DNA from: Hydrolagus affinis
Lineage: Eukaryota
Length of the DNA stretch: 64,000 bases
Assembly (NCBI GenBank): GCA_012026655.1
Contig: JAAILG010000009.1
Span: 62,001 to 126,000, forward strand
Direction of reading: 5' to 3'
Shown here: positions 19,861 to 34,500 of the stretch, piece by piece
How the letters are laid out: the number at the start of each line of letters is the position of its first letter
Position numbering within the stretch: the first letter of the stretch is position 1
Notes under the pieces: generated by a model
What the model saw: the letters and a program-made list of their open reading frames with translations, nothing else
Databases searched by the model: none
Told to the model about the DNA's origin: nothing
Made by a program: the position numbers and the translations under genes

Positions 19861-22800
19861 TCTTTAGTGTCAACTATTTAAAATTTGTGCCCTCTGAATG
19901 CTGATTTGCCAATCAGGAATAATCTATTAATATTTACCCTATCAAATCCTTCATAACTTTGAAGGTCTATCAGTTCACTTAAGCTTTTTAGTTCTAATGT
20001 AAAAACAAGTTTCTTTTCACAAGTGAAATTCCTCAACCCTGATAATGTCCTATTCCTGACAACATAATAGGATTATAACTTTATGAAGTGTTCTTGGCTT
20101 GATACTGCACAAATTGAATCCGAGAAGTACAACATATCTTGGTGCTCTCATCAATCTATGGTTAATAAGTACTACAGTATATTCAAAGGTCTAGTTTCAG
20201 CTGAAACATGTGATAGGAGGCTTATAATAACATGATTCTATTGTATCAAATTCATGCCAATAGCACTTTTGATGTAATCATCTTTATATTTGGTATAGCA
20301 CCTTATCACATCAGAAGAATGTCTCAAAGGGCTTCACGGAATTTACTGTAAATTAAGTGATTGTGTATTTGTAGGCGAATGCAGCAGCAATGTCCCACAA
20401 ACAGCCATGGGGTGAGTGACCAATTTTATTTGGGGGATTGTTGGTCAGGCCACCGAGAGAAACTCCCTTCTCTGTTCAGATGGTGACATTGGATTTGTAA
20501 AGCAGGCCCTGCTCCTCGTCCCCTACCCAGTCTGCTCCACAATCGATGGTGAAGCCTTCAGTCACTGCCCCATGTAAAGGACATTGTGTAAATATAAGTA
20601 CTGTAGTTGTTGTCATTGATACCAATGAAGAGTGGACCTGGGCTGACTTTTCCACAGTCTTAGTGGGGCATTGAGGTTAACTACGTCCCTACGTTAGCTC
20701 AATCAGACCTTGATAAATACACTATGGGGCTCAGTAGCACACCAAAAAACAAGTAAGCCTTTAGGAAAGCAAAATAAAATATTCTAGAATTAGTTCTCTC
20801 AAACAATGATAATATCCACTTTCATTTTTCTCTAAAGTAAAGATGAAAGTACTTTATTGAAAGCACTGAAAGCACTCTAAAATAAAGATCCTGAAATCTA
20901 AGAAAAACAGTATGTTTATCACTTAAGGCAATTTGCAGCTACTTAGCACATTTAAATTAGCATCAAGCCAACAATGGCATGGTCTGTATAGTTTATTCAA
21001 TCATTATTTGGTCCACTGATCAATTTTACTTTGATAATATTGAACTAGATGCACAAAACATTCACAAAACCACATTTCCTCTAAGATTGTTGGAATGTTT
21101 CAACACTCGTACTATTGTGACATTTTAGAATGTTCATTGTCCATTTCCATGGACATGTTATGCTGGTCAGTGAGTTAGTTACAAGCCCTGATGACTGAAC
21201 ATTGATAGTGAACTGAATAGGATTAAAAAAAACACTAGCTTTGAAATAAATAGATTGCTTCAGGTTCAGGCACTTTAAGCTGCAATTGAATTTAAAACAT
21301 GACTTTTGGGGAATGTTCATTTTGGTGAGTAACATTACCTATTGATATTAATTCCAACATACAGCTTTGAAACCCGAGTTATTAAAGTTTTTGGGGTTAA
21401 TTGTGCCAGGCTAAATGGAAGTAGTCTCAAACAGCACAGGTTTGAATTATTATATTTGCACAACCACGATATCAGCTGAGGAGATCGAAAACTGAGAAAC
21501 TCCTAAGCAATAATTACAGAGGGCTGCTATGCTCTGCCTCACAGGAAACATGTTAAGATATATAACATGTCATAGTTTAATGCCTGCTGGGGAATTTTGT
21601 TAATCACATGCAATATTTTTCCAACTGAAAACTTATCTTTAGGGCCAAGAAAATAATTGGAAAGTAGCCAGTGATATCTCTGTGACATTGTGATGTCACA
21701 CCAATGGAGATATGATTTGCATATTGACTGATATCTCTGCACAAGAGTGAAAACGGAGGTATCATGTTGGCAACTCCTCACAACATTCTCAACTTCACTG
21801 GAATATATTTTTCCTGATAATGGAATAACAAATAAGGGAAGCCTTGAGGTGAGTAAAGAGACTATAAGGTGCTCAAGTGGCTGATAAACGAAATGAGGCA
21901 TTATTTAGCCATTATGGTTTGGTTTTAGAGAAATATGTAGATCAAAGATTAAGGATTAAATAGTACAGTATGTACAATGCTACAGCTGATATTGTGATAC
22001 ATTTATAATAATGCGAGATGGAGAATTATTTTGCGATTGAAAACAGATTGGAAGGGTGTTTAACACCACTGATTTTATTGTATAGTTGAGCAAAATAGCC
22101 ACTTTCATACCAACAGAAATGCTTAGTAAAATGAATATCTGAGATTTAGTGAAACACCTTTCTTCGTGTGTCCACCCATGATCTTGTGTCGTGACAATTC
22201 TTCATGTCTGTAAGGTCAAATGTTTTTGGTCATATTATAATTTTTAACTTTCAACTTTATTTTTCATCTGACACATGCAGAAACCCATCACCACACTTAA
22301 GAATATCCTAACCAAACACTGATCAGATTTTGTTAGAAACTTTATTCAACCGTGAAAGCTGCTGTACAAATGTAATTTTGTTGTTGTTATTGCTTAATAG
22401 AGCATTTAGCCACCTTTAGCGCCTCTTCTTTCTTCTACAAGCTGATTCTTTACAACTTGTAGGTGTTCCAGGTTATGCCCTAAGTAGACCTTGTCACACA
22501 ATTGCTTTTACTGAAGTTCAGAGAAGTCATTTTATTAAAATAACCAATAACACTATTGATTTGGCACTTTTAGTGTCAGAACTTCTCAAAGTGCTTCATG
22601 AACAATTGTTGTTAATGCATGAACTGTATTGTAGACACACATCAAATTAACCAGTTTAGCTGGAGTATTGTGGCCTGGTGTATTTGAATAGTTATGGAAT
22701 ATTGACAAGCAAATGGAACCTCAATTTAATGTCTCACTTGAATATTATTTTGCTTTTTAGTTTGTGTGCTTTGTGTGTGCTCAAAAATGTCATTTTCTGA

Positions 22801-22941
22801 TTCTGGATGCAAAACAAATCCAAAGCAAAAATATATTTCTTGAATTAACATGAGGTATTAATTCACTCCAACAATCTACCTCTGGAATTTTCATGTGTAG
22901 GTTTCATGTCATCTCAAGTGCTTTGAGACGTTGATAAGACG

Positions 22942-23072
22942 TGGAAAGCGCTATATAAATGTAAGGATTATTATATTATTATGTATGGAATTCTCAGTTT
23001 AGTTTGGTTTGGAAAGCGCTATATAAATGTAAGGATTATTATTATGTATGGAATTCTCAGTTTAGTTTGGTT
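22942..23072 (+). repeat. Local tandem duplication (68 + 63 bp) of a SINE tail plus flank
   Basis: tggaaagcgctatataaatgtaaggattatta...tgtatggaattctcagtttagtttggtt occurs at 22942 and again at 23010. Confidence 0.9.
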
Positions 23073-23241
23073 TTAGTTCAGCCATAGTGATGGGTTTCTG
23101 CATGTGTCAGATCAAAAATAAAGTTTGAACATTATCTCTGAATTAAAAATTGTGTTTCAACAATACCTTGTAGGGTACTTATATTTAGTAAAAGGCATTT
23201 TTAAAATCCATTAATTGCCTTTAAACTTTTTTTGTACATAG

Positions 23242-24177
23242 GTGATTATTGGAAACAAAATCCACTCAGAACAAATTCAGTCAAAGACCCAAAGAATTTC
23301 CACCAGTTATCTAACGCATGGTTTATGGAAAAAACAACCAGAAAAGCTAACATCACGACCCGTGGAGAAACAACACAATATTCCAAAGACTGATGCACTT
23401 TTCATACACTTAGACAAAAACAATTACTATCAAATGAATCACTTCCCGATACAAACCAACATGGAATATGCAGGTCAGCAGTGGGAGCAATGGGGAGATT
23501 ATTATCCCGAGATTTATTCCCAAGGATTTTACGAAGGATATTCTTTCAACGGTGTTCTTGGTAACCATACAGATTATTTTCATCAACAGAATTATTTTAA
23601 TCATCCTACAATGTCATTAAGCAGGAGGTCACAGAATGTTCTCCTCAATCATGAAGCATCTCATCTAATAGGACAGCAGCAGGTAGAACACTACCAACAA
23701 ACTAACTCTTTACAAAGAACAGGATGTCCTGGTGGAAGTTTCTCATCAACCTCTCCTAGGGTGGTTCTAACTTCCAGGTCTGTCTTGTCTGCCAGCACAA
23801 GTGAAACAGAAACAGCAAAGCAGAACGAAATGCCCCAAATGTGTATCCTTGCTCTTGCCATGATGGTAGCTGGTATCCCCACAGTACCTGTGCCCAGAGT
23901 TAAAGCAGAGGATATGATATTGGCAGCTCAAAAGTTTAGAGCTGACAACCCAAATTTAAGTGGCGACATAGACAAAATGATGAAGGATAAAGAAGAGAGA
24001 AAAAGATCTTTTACTAAGGAGTACATGTTCTCTAATAATAGTACAGAGGAAAGAATCGACTGGAAGAGAACAAGGGAAAATACAATCCATTATCCACAAA
24101 TCAGTGTCCTGGTATTAGAAAGTGATGATCAGGCTGATGGAAAGAGACATAAGTCAAATGACTTGATGCTCACATAA
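23242..24177 (+). CDS. SPATA25: SPATA25-like (spermatogenesis-associated 25) main coding exon
   Basis: [37 protein letters not shown] matches my recollection of the SPATA25 hallmark ([32 protein letters not shown]), and an upstream GCPGG is also shared. The ORF begins right after an acceptor (tttttttgtacatag|gtg, 23241). A candidate upstream donor gag|gtgagt lies at 21848. The start codon is unresolved. AATAAA at 24509. Confidence 0.8.
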   Translation: [311 protein letters not shown]

Positions 24178-25529
24178 ACACTAAAGATTTTAAATTACTA
24201 TTAGGGAAATGGGATTCACAAGTGTTGCAATGTATACAGTTTAGAAATGTACTATCATTATTTTTCTCCTGAACATTTGCAAATGACTTTTAAAACAACA
24301 ATAACATTGAATTTGTAACTAATATGTATGTGAAATTATGATTATAAAGGATGTTTATGTTTAATTTGAGTTCTTCTAAATTATGCACTTAATTGCCTTT
24401 CAGAGTAGATTAATAGAGAATATTTTTGAATCATTTTGCCCAATATTTGCTTAATTAGGTTTATGACATCTATTACAGAACAGAAAGTCTGTTAAGAAAA
24501 ATAATGAAAATAAAGTTTAAATGTTCATTCAAGTGACTGGTGAGAATCATGGTACTGTAGATAGAACAATATGTATATACAGTATGGGTGACCCTGCAGA
24601 TAACCTTGGTGGTATCCGCCAATGTAGCTTTTACTCCTTCACAGGCTTCCTCGTTTTGTAAAAATTAATCAAAATATTGTACCATTTAATGTCTACATAT
24701 TACTGTATATTTTTAAAAAACTGGGATTCACCATGTGAGGTGGTTCCAATTATACTAGGTTGTGTGAAAACATATTTTCCTGTATTCAGCACCATCCTAA
24801 ATATTGATCATGGTAATGTCATAACATAGTTCTGCAACAGTTTCCAGAATTTCAAGAAAGTAATTATGGTAGTTCTTGGGTCACTTGTGGAGAATTCAAA
24901 TGTATTTGAATTTTGTAATTCAAATATCTCATTAAGTAATCTAATATTTATAAAGCATTTGGAATAGTTTATGGTAATCTAAGGGATAGAGTTTACAGAT
25001 ACTAAATAATAAGATAATAAACTGTTGAAATTTTAAACACAATTCCTGCTGTTATATTATGCTTCCAATGTTATTATTACAATTCTAGGTAATTTTACTG
25101 AAAAAGTAGTTAAACAGTGAGCTTCCCTGCTTAACTGAGATGCCAACCAGGTGAAGTTCTACTGTAGCGTATTCTAATGAATCTTTCTTTATCATCACTT
25201 CTTGAAAACTCTTCCCTTTCATAAGTTCTTCAATCAACAGTTCTGCAGGTCGATCAATCCAAACTTACATTTATATAGCGCCTTTCACGTCAAGAGGACG
25301 TCCCAAGGTACTGTCAATGTGTTAATAAAAGAAGACATTTTGAGTGCTGCTTTGGAGCCTCACGCAATGATGCAAAACTTTTATTTATGTGCATTGTCCT
25401 TTATATGAAGCACATAAAAATATACGACTTACAACAATGTTCTTAATATAATCACAAATAAACTTCACTGGAATTCTAATTCACCTTGGTGTCACTGAGA
25501 TCCAGTCGTACATTTAAGTAAACTTGCCT

Positions 25530-28500
25530 TCAGTCATTATACTTAAAATCAGTCCCAAACATTATCATACCCTAAAAACAAACAAATGTTTATTATATTG
25601 GAACATTTAAAATAAATATCTAAAGTCATCTGAATTATTTCCCTTTTTGGTGAGAACCAGGTATTCCCATCTTGAAATATTGTACTGACATTCATTTTCT
25701 AGGATGAGGAGAGATTAGGTTCTATATCCCTGGAATCACTTTCAAATACATAGTTTCAAAAGCATTAAGTAGACGTAGTTTTAGAAGATGTAGAGAACAA
25801 TACTTTTCTAATTAATCATCTAAACTACAATACATATTAATTACCAGGATTATTCACATGGGAGTTTGCATCTATCCCATAGCATTGATTATGTTTTTTT
25901 TGGGGGGTGGGGGCAAATTGCCAATAGGACATATTAATGAGACTTGCTATGAAGGCAGAACAAAAGTAATTAGTATTTATATTGTGTTGTTTTAACTGAT
26001 AATTTTGTGTTCTTTCTCTACCACAATGTAATAGACACATTTATCTTTATTCTTTTAAAGTAGTTTTGGGATGTTTTGATATCTCTATATCCTTTTACAA
26101 AAAGAGAAAATGCTACTTTCACACCAACATCCATATTAAAACATGAATTAAATTTTGTTTGCATACTATAGCTATTTAATTTATTTTACAGGTAAGGCAG
26201 ATAGCAATAAAGTAGTAATAATAAATAATAATAATAATCCATGCATTTAGTATAGCACATTTCACATCTTCTAGTCTCAAAGCACTTCACAGAATCTACT
26301 GTAATGTGAATTCACTGTGTATTTGTGGGCGAACAGCGGTGTAATACAAATCCAACATTAAATTTTTTAATTAAATTTAAATTCGGAATCTTGATAATTT
26401 ATCATGCTGAATTTTTATGTAATCAGATGGCTGTTTACTGAAATAGTTTGTCTATTTTCTTAAAAATGTTAATTTAATATTTTAATATTACTAATAATAT
26501 TCAACTGTAAATCAGGTGCAGCAACTTTACACAAACAAGCCTTCAATGTGACTACTTATGAAGAGGAGATAAATGTTTCTCTTTCCGAAGATCAAAATAA
26601 ATTTAGATTTCTTACCTTGTTAATTTTAATGATTGGATTCAGCAATGATACATTGTTTAAGATTGGTAGGGCCTTCCCTCTGTACAATAACACTAGAAAA
26701 ATCCGAGAAGGCACAAGAATTTTATTTTTTAATTCTAATTTTTATATGATTTCTTTTTTGAAGCTATTTGCCAACTTGGTAACAATTTGCTGCCAACATT
26801 TTTCCACATAAGAACATAATAATGCTTACATTTGATATAGCGCTTTTCACATCTGCTGGACGTCTCAAAGCGCTTCACAGAATATACTGTAAAGTGAATT
26901 GACTGTATATATGTGGGGGACAAGTGGCAGCCAATTGTGCACAGCAGTGTCCCACAAACAGTCGTGGATTGAAATGACCAAATTTTTTTCAAGAGATTAT
27001 TAATAGGAAACTCGCCCAAAGTTTCGCCTTGACCTGTCGGGCATTGAATCCAGGTCTCTCGTCTCGCTTGCAAGGCGAGTGCTCTAACCGCTGAGCTACA
27101 GGACTCCACATAAGAATTTGCTAGATTGAAAGAAGACCACGGTCCACCCAGTTGGCCTGGCAGTTACTTGCACATGTGTCCCAAACACTATCACTATATC
27201 TTGAGATATGATTTCCTAAAATAAAATAATAAAAAAAAATCCTAAAATAAATCTATCCTATTTGCTGTTGAAAGAATCAAAACTTTCTACTTCCACCATC
27301 GCCCTAGGGAGTCTGCTCCACAGATTTACTGCTCGTATAAAAATCTTATTAAAAAATATTCAGAAAACGATTGTACTTCATGAAAATGCAGAACACTTTA
27401 CAAAAAAAAATCTATTTTACAATTACTGTCTATATGGTACAATTTCAAAATGATGACAATTAAGATTATAGTTTATAATGGGACAACATTTCAATACAAA
27501 TTGAACATTTAGGATTGTCTCACTCAGACAAACATACCATTTAGCTTCGGAAACACACTCTTCTTAAAAAAATTCTCCAAAATCGCATCCAATACCTTCA
27601 CCTGTGTGCAATCAGAGTGAATAACTTCCATGGAGTACTAAACACAGATAGTCTACACGTTCTCTTGTTCCTAAGTAATTTTAAAATAATGACTTAAAGA
27701 AACAATCATAGCAGCTACTTTTAGAAATCTTTTTTTTAAATCAATTTTATTTTACATTGAAAATTAAATGATTGCAGTGAGTTAAAAGTGATAATATAAG
27801 ATGTTCCACTGTATAGTACTCACATGAATGTCCCCCACTTTTGATTCCTTCAAACCTAGATCAAAACTATTTTAAAAATAAGAAAATAATATTGTTACTT
27901 AATTTCAGAAGTCAAACATTTCATATAAATCAATGCCTTTTTTGGGGAAGAAAGCAAGTAGCTTTCTCATTCTAGTGTCATTTTACTGGAGCTATAATAG
28001 GGATGTGAGGACACATATTTATTTTCACATGTTCAGTTCCTGATCCCAACATCGCTCCACTGGGAAAATATTGAATGGAAATGGATAATTCGCTAAAGGA
28101 CAAATATCTCAATATCTTAACAGTCATTTGCTTAGTTGCATTGGCAGCAGCCTTGGAATGGATCATTTGTCGGACTTCTCTCTCCGTTCAAGAATGAAAA
28201 TCAAACAGCAAGAAAAACAGACCTCCTTACCATTATCACCAAATAACAGGAATCTGAACAATCAACACCTGGGTATCATGAATTTTTTTTCACAACCTTT
28301 TATTAAACCAACTTAGAATAAAGCCCCTCCTGAATTTTGAGTTTTTGTGTTTGATAGTTTATATTGTATTTGAAAAATTAAAATAGAACTATGAAATTAA
28401 AATCTACAATTTTCAAATTGAATATATTACCGTGCCCAATGTGAAAGGCACTATGCACATGTAATTTTGTTGTTGCAGCCCTGAAAGAAGTGGGGTTTTC

Positions 28501-31500
28501 CAGAAATGTTCTAACTTATTCCAAGCCTGTCAGAATTAACTTATAATAGTATATTTGCTCAAAAGAAAATCAGTCATACACTTTATAGTATACCCAGCGA
28601 AGCACTTTGAAACATCCACTTGACATGAAAGGCGGTATAAAATAATGTAAGGATTATTATTATTATAAGTACAATAGATTGTGTACTCTGATCAGCTAAT
28701 TACTGCTCTATCCTAATCTGCGGCAGTAATAGCAGGTACTGTACTACATTTGAAAAAAATGAATTGACACTTACCTTCTCAGATGCATCACTCCACGCAA
28801 TCTCATTTCTGATATGTACAGCTCAGCATTTACACTGGTTTTCTAGGCTCGAATATAAAAAGTGAATGTATCAATCTGTTAAACAGAAACTAATTTGAAT
28901 CCAGCTTTGGTAATCGAATAAATTATGAAATGTTCTTCCACTCTGGCTTTTATCCATTGTTAATTCTTGAATACATTTGGATCAGACTTTGCTCAGTGTT
29001 ACATTGGAACTAAAATAGGAACAGGAGTAGGCCATTCAGCTCCTGTTCAGCCATTATGTTAGTTTGTGATTGATATTACTTGTTATATCACACAGCTCAT
29101 GGGAATCCTCCAAATATCTCACTGCGTGTGGAAAAAAAATTCTCCTTATAACTAAAACATGTTTGTATATTTTTTCTACTCGCTAACTCTCTTGTTGTGG
29201 GCCACAAAACCACACATTTTGTTTTTAAATAATTATTTCAGGAATGGTTTACTCTAGGTCTGAATTCTAATGCCTCACACAGTGAGCTGTTGATTTTGAT
29301 CACGCTGCTACAAGCTGCTGTCAATTGAAGCTCAGGCAATTAGCCGCAGCGAGAGGAAATAAATTGCAGAGCAATCTACACTCACTCGCTTTTAAGGAAA
29401 CTGGGACATTCAGGCAGATGTTAAAAATCTCAAGGCACTGCCAAAGATGTGTGAGTTTTTCCCAATATGCTGTTGTAATTATTATTTTATATTAATATGC
29501 TGTGTTAACAATCCTGTAGGTAAAATTGATCATTCACTCCATGGCTGTTTGTAGGACATTATTTTGCTGCTCTGTTCACCTATAAAATACACAGTTAGTC
29601 CACTCTACAAATAAAACCTGTGCTGTGCTTTGAGATGGAGCAACTCCCTGATGAGGCACTATATCAAACACTAAGATTACTATATTAAACATCAATACTC
29701 ACAACACGCAGTGAAAACAGTTCAGATGAAGAATTGTCAGGCAGGATTACAGACACTTTGGCTGCAGCAAATAGATCTACAGTGAAATTATTTTGAGTGA
29801 AGGTAAATAGAGGCTCCTTTGTAGCATTCAACTCAATTTTCAGCAACATGTTGGGGTATTGCTCGCTAACCTGGTGGGAACCGAATTCATTTTTTAACTG
29901 GACCAATAGTGGAAGATCATAATGGAAAATATATATCTGCACACAACACAATATGAATGAGAAATAATGTTATCATAGTGGTTGTCATAGTGTTCTGTAC
30001 AGCATAACTTTGACAATTAACCCTCCTTGGGAAATATATTATCAAATAATCACAATAAACTTAATATTTATATCATCTAGAGGACGTTGTTTGCAAAATG
30101 GTACAGTAATGTGCAAAGATTGTTTCACCTGTTTGACATTTCCAATAACATAGAACGTGCTAAAGAATCAACAGAATAATATTATTTTACACTTTCAAAA
30201 TGTGGGATAATTACACATTTACTAAGAAATGCTGTAAAACTGACATAAATTTGATCTGTATAAATCGTATAATCGGCCAATTCCCATTCAAGAGTTCATA
30301 TTCTATGTGAATTCAACATAACTCACACTTTGTAGAAGTCATATTAATGTATGATCCCAACTGATATGACTTGTGTCAGGTTTGCTGCACTATATATTTC
30401 ACCTCAAGAAAATGAAACCATCTGAAAAAATAGGAGCGGAATGGCTAAATGCAAGAATAAATAAATGGTCCAGTTAAGTAGGATTCCACCAGTCATCATA
30501 GGAAAATTGAGAGATCTAAAGAATTCTGAATGAATTTCTTGAGTAGTAAATTGACCTGACCTCATGCAGCAATAATGACAGGCTGGATGTGTTCAATCGA
30601 AAGGCCAGGTTCTCTGGAATCTGAAAATAAGGCAGATGGCTGTAAAATCCAAATGAATGGCAGATTGCAGAAAACGTCCAGTTGGCCCATAAAACATCTC
30701 CACCCACAACCAAACAAAATCAACACTAAATTCATGAACTTCAGACCACCTATTTTATCTCTTATTGAAAAGTTCTGAATTGATGCTTTCTGAACCACAA
30801 AGATAATCAAATAAAATTTCAAGGAAATAATAATTGCTGCATTAAATATATTAATGTTTACATAGCCCTCATCTCCACTATTCAACTGAGCACGTTTGCC
30901 CCTTCAAACCATAAAATAAAGGAACAATTTTGTACTTTAGGGTGTTTGTTTGCCAGCCAGAGCGCCTGATACTTTCAGATGATAATTTATTCATGAATTC
31001 TAGCAGGATAGCAGTCACTGATAGCAGGAAACATGGTCCTAAATGGCATTCCATTCAAGAGTTTGCAAAATTCATACTAGATTGTTGAGGAGGTTCCATT
31101 GACTGGGATTTGAACATGAGGCTGCCTCATTAATTACTGCATCTTAACAGGATAAGTCACTTACTGCATCATCAGTGATGTTGATTTGCAAAGCTCCAGC
31201 TGCATAATATGCAAATCCCATTGCGTTGAAGAAATTCTCCGATATTCCAATGTACAACATTAAATCAATGATATCCGGGAGATCAAAAGGTTGCACATCA
31301 TATGAAGGTTTATTATGATGCTGACAATCATAAACTACACCCTAAAGAAGAAGCAATTCAATGTGTTGGTAATTAAAAATGAACTGATCAGGAATTAAGG
31401 ACAAGAGCTCACACCAAGTAGCTGCAGTTCAAGGACAGACTCAGAAATGGGATCCATTGAACAGACACATTAAAAAAAAATGTAACATGATTTATTCACA

Positions 31501-34500
31501 ATACCATGGATTTGATCTTAACACTGCATTTAGTAACTCTCATCATTATTAAAAGCAAGGTTAGTTTAATTATTTTAACTTATTAAAGATCTTCATATGT
31601 CTTATTGTTTACCCAATAAGGGAATAGTACAATTTACATTTGGGTTGTATTAAACTTATATTTCTAATAGCTTTTTTAATTTTTAATTAATTAAATGTTT
31701 ACGCAATTAATTTCAGAAGGAAGGCTTGCGGTCTGTCAGAGAAAAACTAAAATAATTGATTTGCATCGGCACAAACAAAAAAGTCTCTCTTCTGATACTA
31801 GAAACAATGAATGTAGCCGAACATTACAATTTTGCAACTCTACCTTAACAGGCCACTCGATGGAATTTTCTGTGATCACAGGGTCTCCATCCAAAGAATA
31901 ATCAAATTTAACATACTTGTTCATTTGATATGAGCCTGTGAAATAAAATGATAACAAATACCGTAAACTTGTCTCAGATGAAAGGGAGATTTATGCAATG
32001 TTTCCACACAAGTGCGATAGTTTCCTGCAGATTAGTTTACCATTCAGTTCCATGGCTTTAAGATGTTCAATCGACGTTAGAAAGTGTGAACACACCTGAC
32101 AAGAAAACAAATGTGAGTGATGAAAATAAAAGGAGAGAAGAATATTGGAGGAGTTTATGGAAATACGCTTTGAATACTAATAATGTTTGGCATCACTTCC
32201 CAGTGTGTATTTTATTTTGAGGGACAAAACATTCAAATCTATTTATTATTATGTACCAGTTGATACTTTCCTCATTTCCACTATTGGTGAAAAATCTGGT
32301 ATACGGTAATTACAATATATCTTTGTTATGGTTTGGGTTTAATTTTTTTTCTCAATTGTTTTTCCAGCTGAATGCTTAGTTAGATGTAGTGCATCCTGCC
32401 AAAATAATTGAAAACTCCAAACTTCAACCCAATTTTCAGCAAATAAATATCTCCAAACATAAATGACACATATTTTTACTCCATTTTTCTAATGTTGTCA
32501 GTGAGCACTTATGTGATATCCCTTCTATTGTTTTTGCAAGCTCTATCCATTTCCTCATAGTTCTATTTTTATTTAAAAGATATGTGGAGCCTTCCTCCTG
32601 ATTATGCTGATTTACATTCTATTCTTTAATCGAAATTTACTAAATTTCAATTTATTTGAGCACATTGGCTGCCATTATTGCCTGCCATTATTTTCTGTGA
32701 AAGGCACCAAATAAATGCAAGTTATCATTTTAAGATTAAGATCTCTAAACAATGTATTCTAACATAGGCAACTGGCATGGGCTGCTTTCTGTTTACAGGC
32801 TTTACTTCTCACTGGATTGAATAACATCTGGACTCAGAAAGAAAAAATGAGGAAGCAGTTCTAGATATACCTTCTTAGAAAAAGCTTTTCTGATTTCATT
32901 TTTTGCTCCTTCACCCAACCTATCATAAAGCCACCTTTGAAAAGAAAAATATCAAATGTCAAAAAATATCAATATCAAACACCTGGAATATAACTATTGT
33001 TCATGTGGATGATTTTTCATTCTGTAACCCAGAGGCATAGAGTGGAACTGTATAGCACATTGTTTTCTGGTTTGGCTGAGATCAGTTAACCTCTGGTCTG
33101 AATGTGCCATGGAAACGTAGTTTTTTTTATAAAAAAGCATGCCTAAATGCATACTTTTACACAAAAGACCAATGAAGAAGCTGTGTTTTCAAATTTTAAC
33201 TGTGGATGAATCCTTCTCTTCTTCTGGCTAACAAGTGAGAACTTCAGCCTCAAAATTTAAGAGTTCAAAAACATAGATCTACAACATACGCTTTAATATA
33301 ATCCTTGCATTTATTTCAATTTCATTTAAAATTAATTGAACTCTTTGTTCCAAATGAAACGCTTTCTTGAAATACTCTACATAGAGAAGCATTACTGACA
33401 TTCAATTCATAAGGTCTTCAGGGGAACACATCAACATATTACAGTAAAAGCCTGGTTATCCGGCAACCAACCAACCGCACGCTCAATCAACCAGTATCTC
33501 TCAATAAAAGTAAAATTTGAATATACGCCGTTTTCCCTGTGTGTTTCCCTGCTCACTGTGTGCATACGTGTGCATGTGCACTTATTAAACTTACCAAACG
33601 CGATTTTACCGACTGCACTGTTTTCCAGGAACGTAACCCCCGCGTTCGGCAAGGATTGACTGTACTATTTATGTATGCTTTATTGGTAAGTATCCATACA
33701 ATATTCTGTTATTATTTAGTCTATTATTAATATGGTATGTTTTAAAATAAGTTGATTTTTTAATGTAGGATTTTCGGCAACTTGCCGCTCGAATATCCAG
33801 CACATTTGATTAACCGGCACCGGTCAGGTCCCGAGGGTGCCGGCTAACAAAGCTTTTACTGTACAGTATATGGAAATAACACCCAAGAGATACAATCTTA
33901 CAAGCCACAATGAACATACTTGCCACTTCCTTGAAAACCAATTTCAAAATCTTTGAATGTTGAGTTACAACTAATGGGTATCACTGTTGTTTGGCTAGTA
34001 TTGTGTAAGAATCCAACAATTAGCGTTACTGAAAGCGTGCTGATGTTCAGGTTAAAAGCCATCGTACTGTGTCTATTGAAAGATAAGATAACAGAGACAT
34101 TAATAGAAATACTTTGATCCTAGTCAGACCACAAAGCAGCTCGTCCACAGTTAGCTGTTGTCAAGCTTACTAAAGTAGTGATGGTGTCAAAAAGACATCA
34201 TCAATAAGGACCCATGAAGAGCATTTGAGGGTTTTTGACACGTATTGATGAATAAATTATCCTGTGTAATTCTCCCTAACCTGACAATTTATTTTAGGAA
34301 TCAAGGAAAGCAAACACAGCAGGGGGCCTTATAACCTATTCCACCAATTTATTCCATCTTCACAGATCATTTAATTCCACATCATTGTCCATTCACCATA
34401 ACCCTTAAGAACACTGTTACCCAAGTATCTATCTTTATCTAGGTCCATCTATCATTCTTTTAGATGCCCCTACTGATTCTGCCTCACCATCTTACAGGAA

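Noticed and set aside
26735-27109. Recurrent short ORFs with similar peptides (SIHFTVYSVKRFE...[10 protein letters not shown]), also at 10909, 37773, 39518, 50013 and 62174
   Set aside because: They are translations of the same SINE family, not a protein family.
27035-27110. tRNA gene (Ala-like TGC loop), also at about 50390-50455
   Set aside because: It is the head of a SINE, continuous with the SINE body and tail, with no proper acceptor stem.
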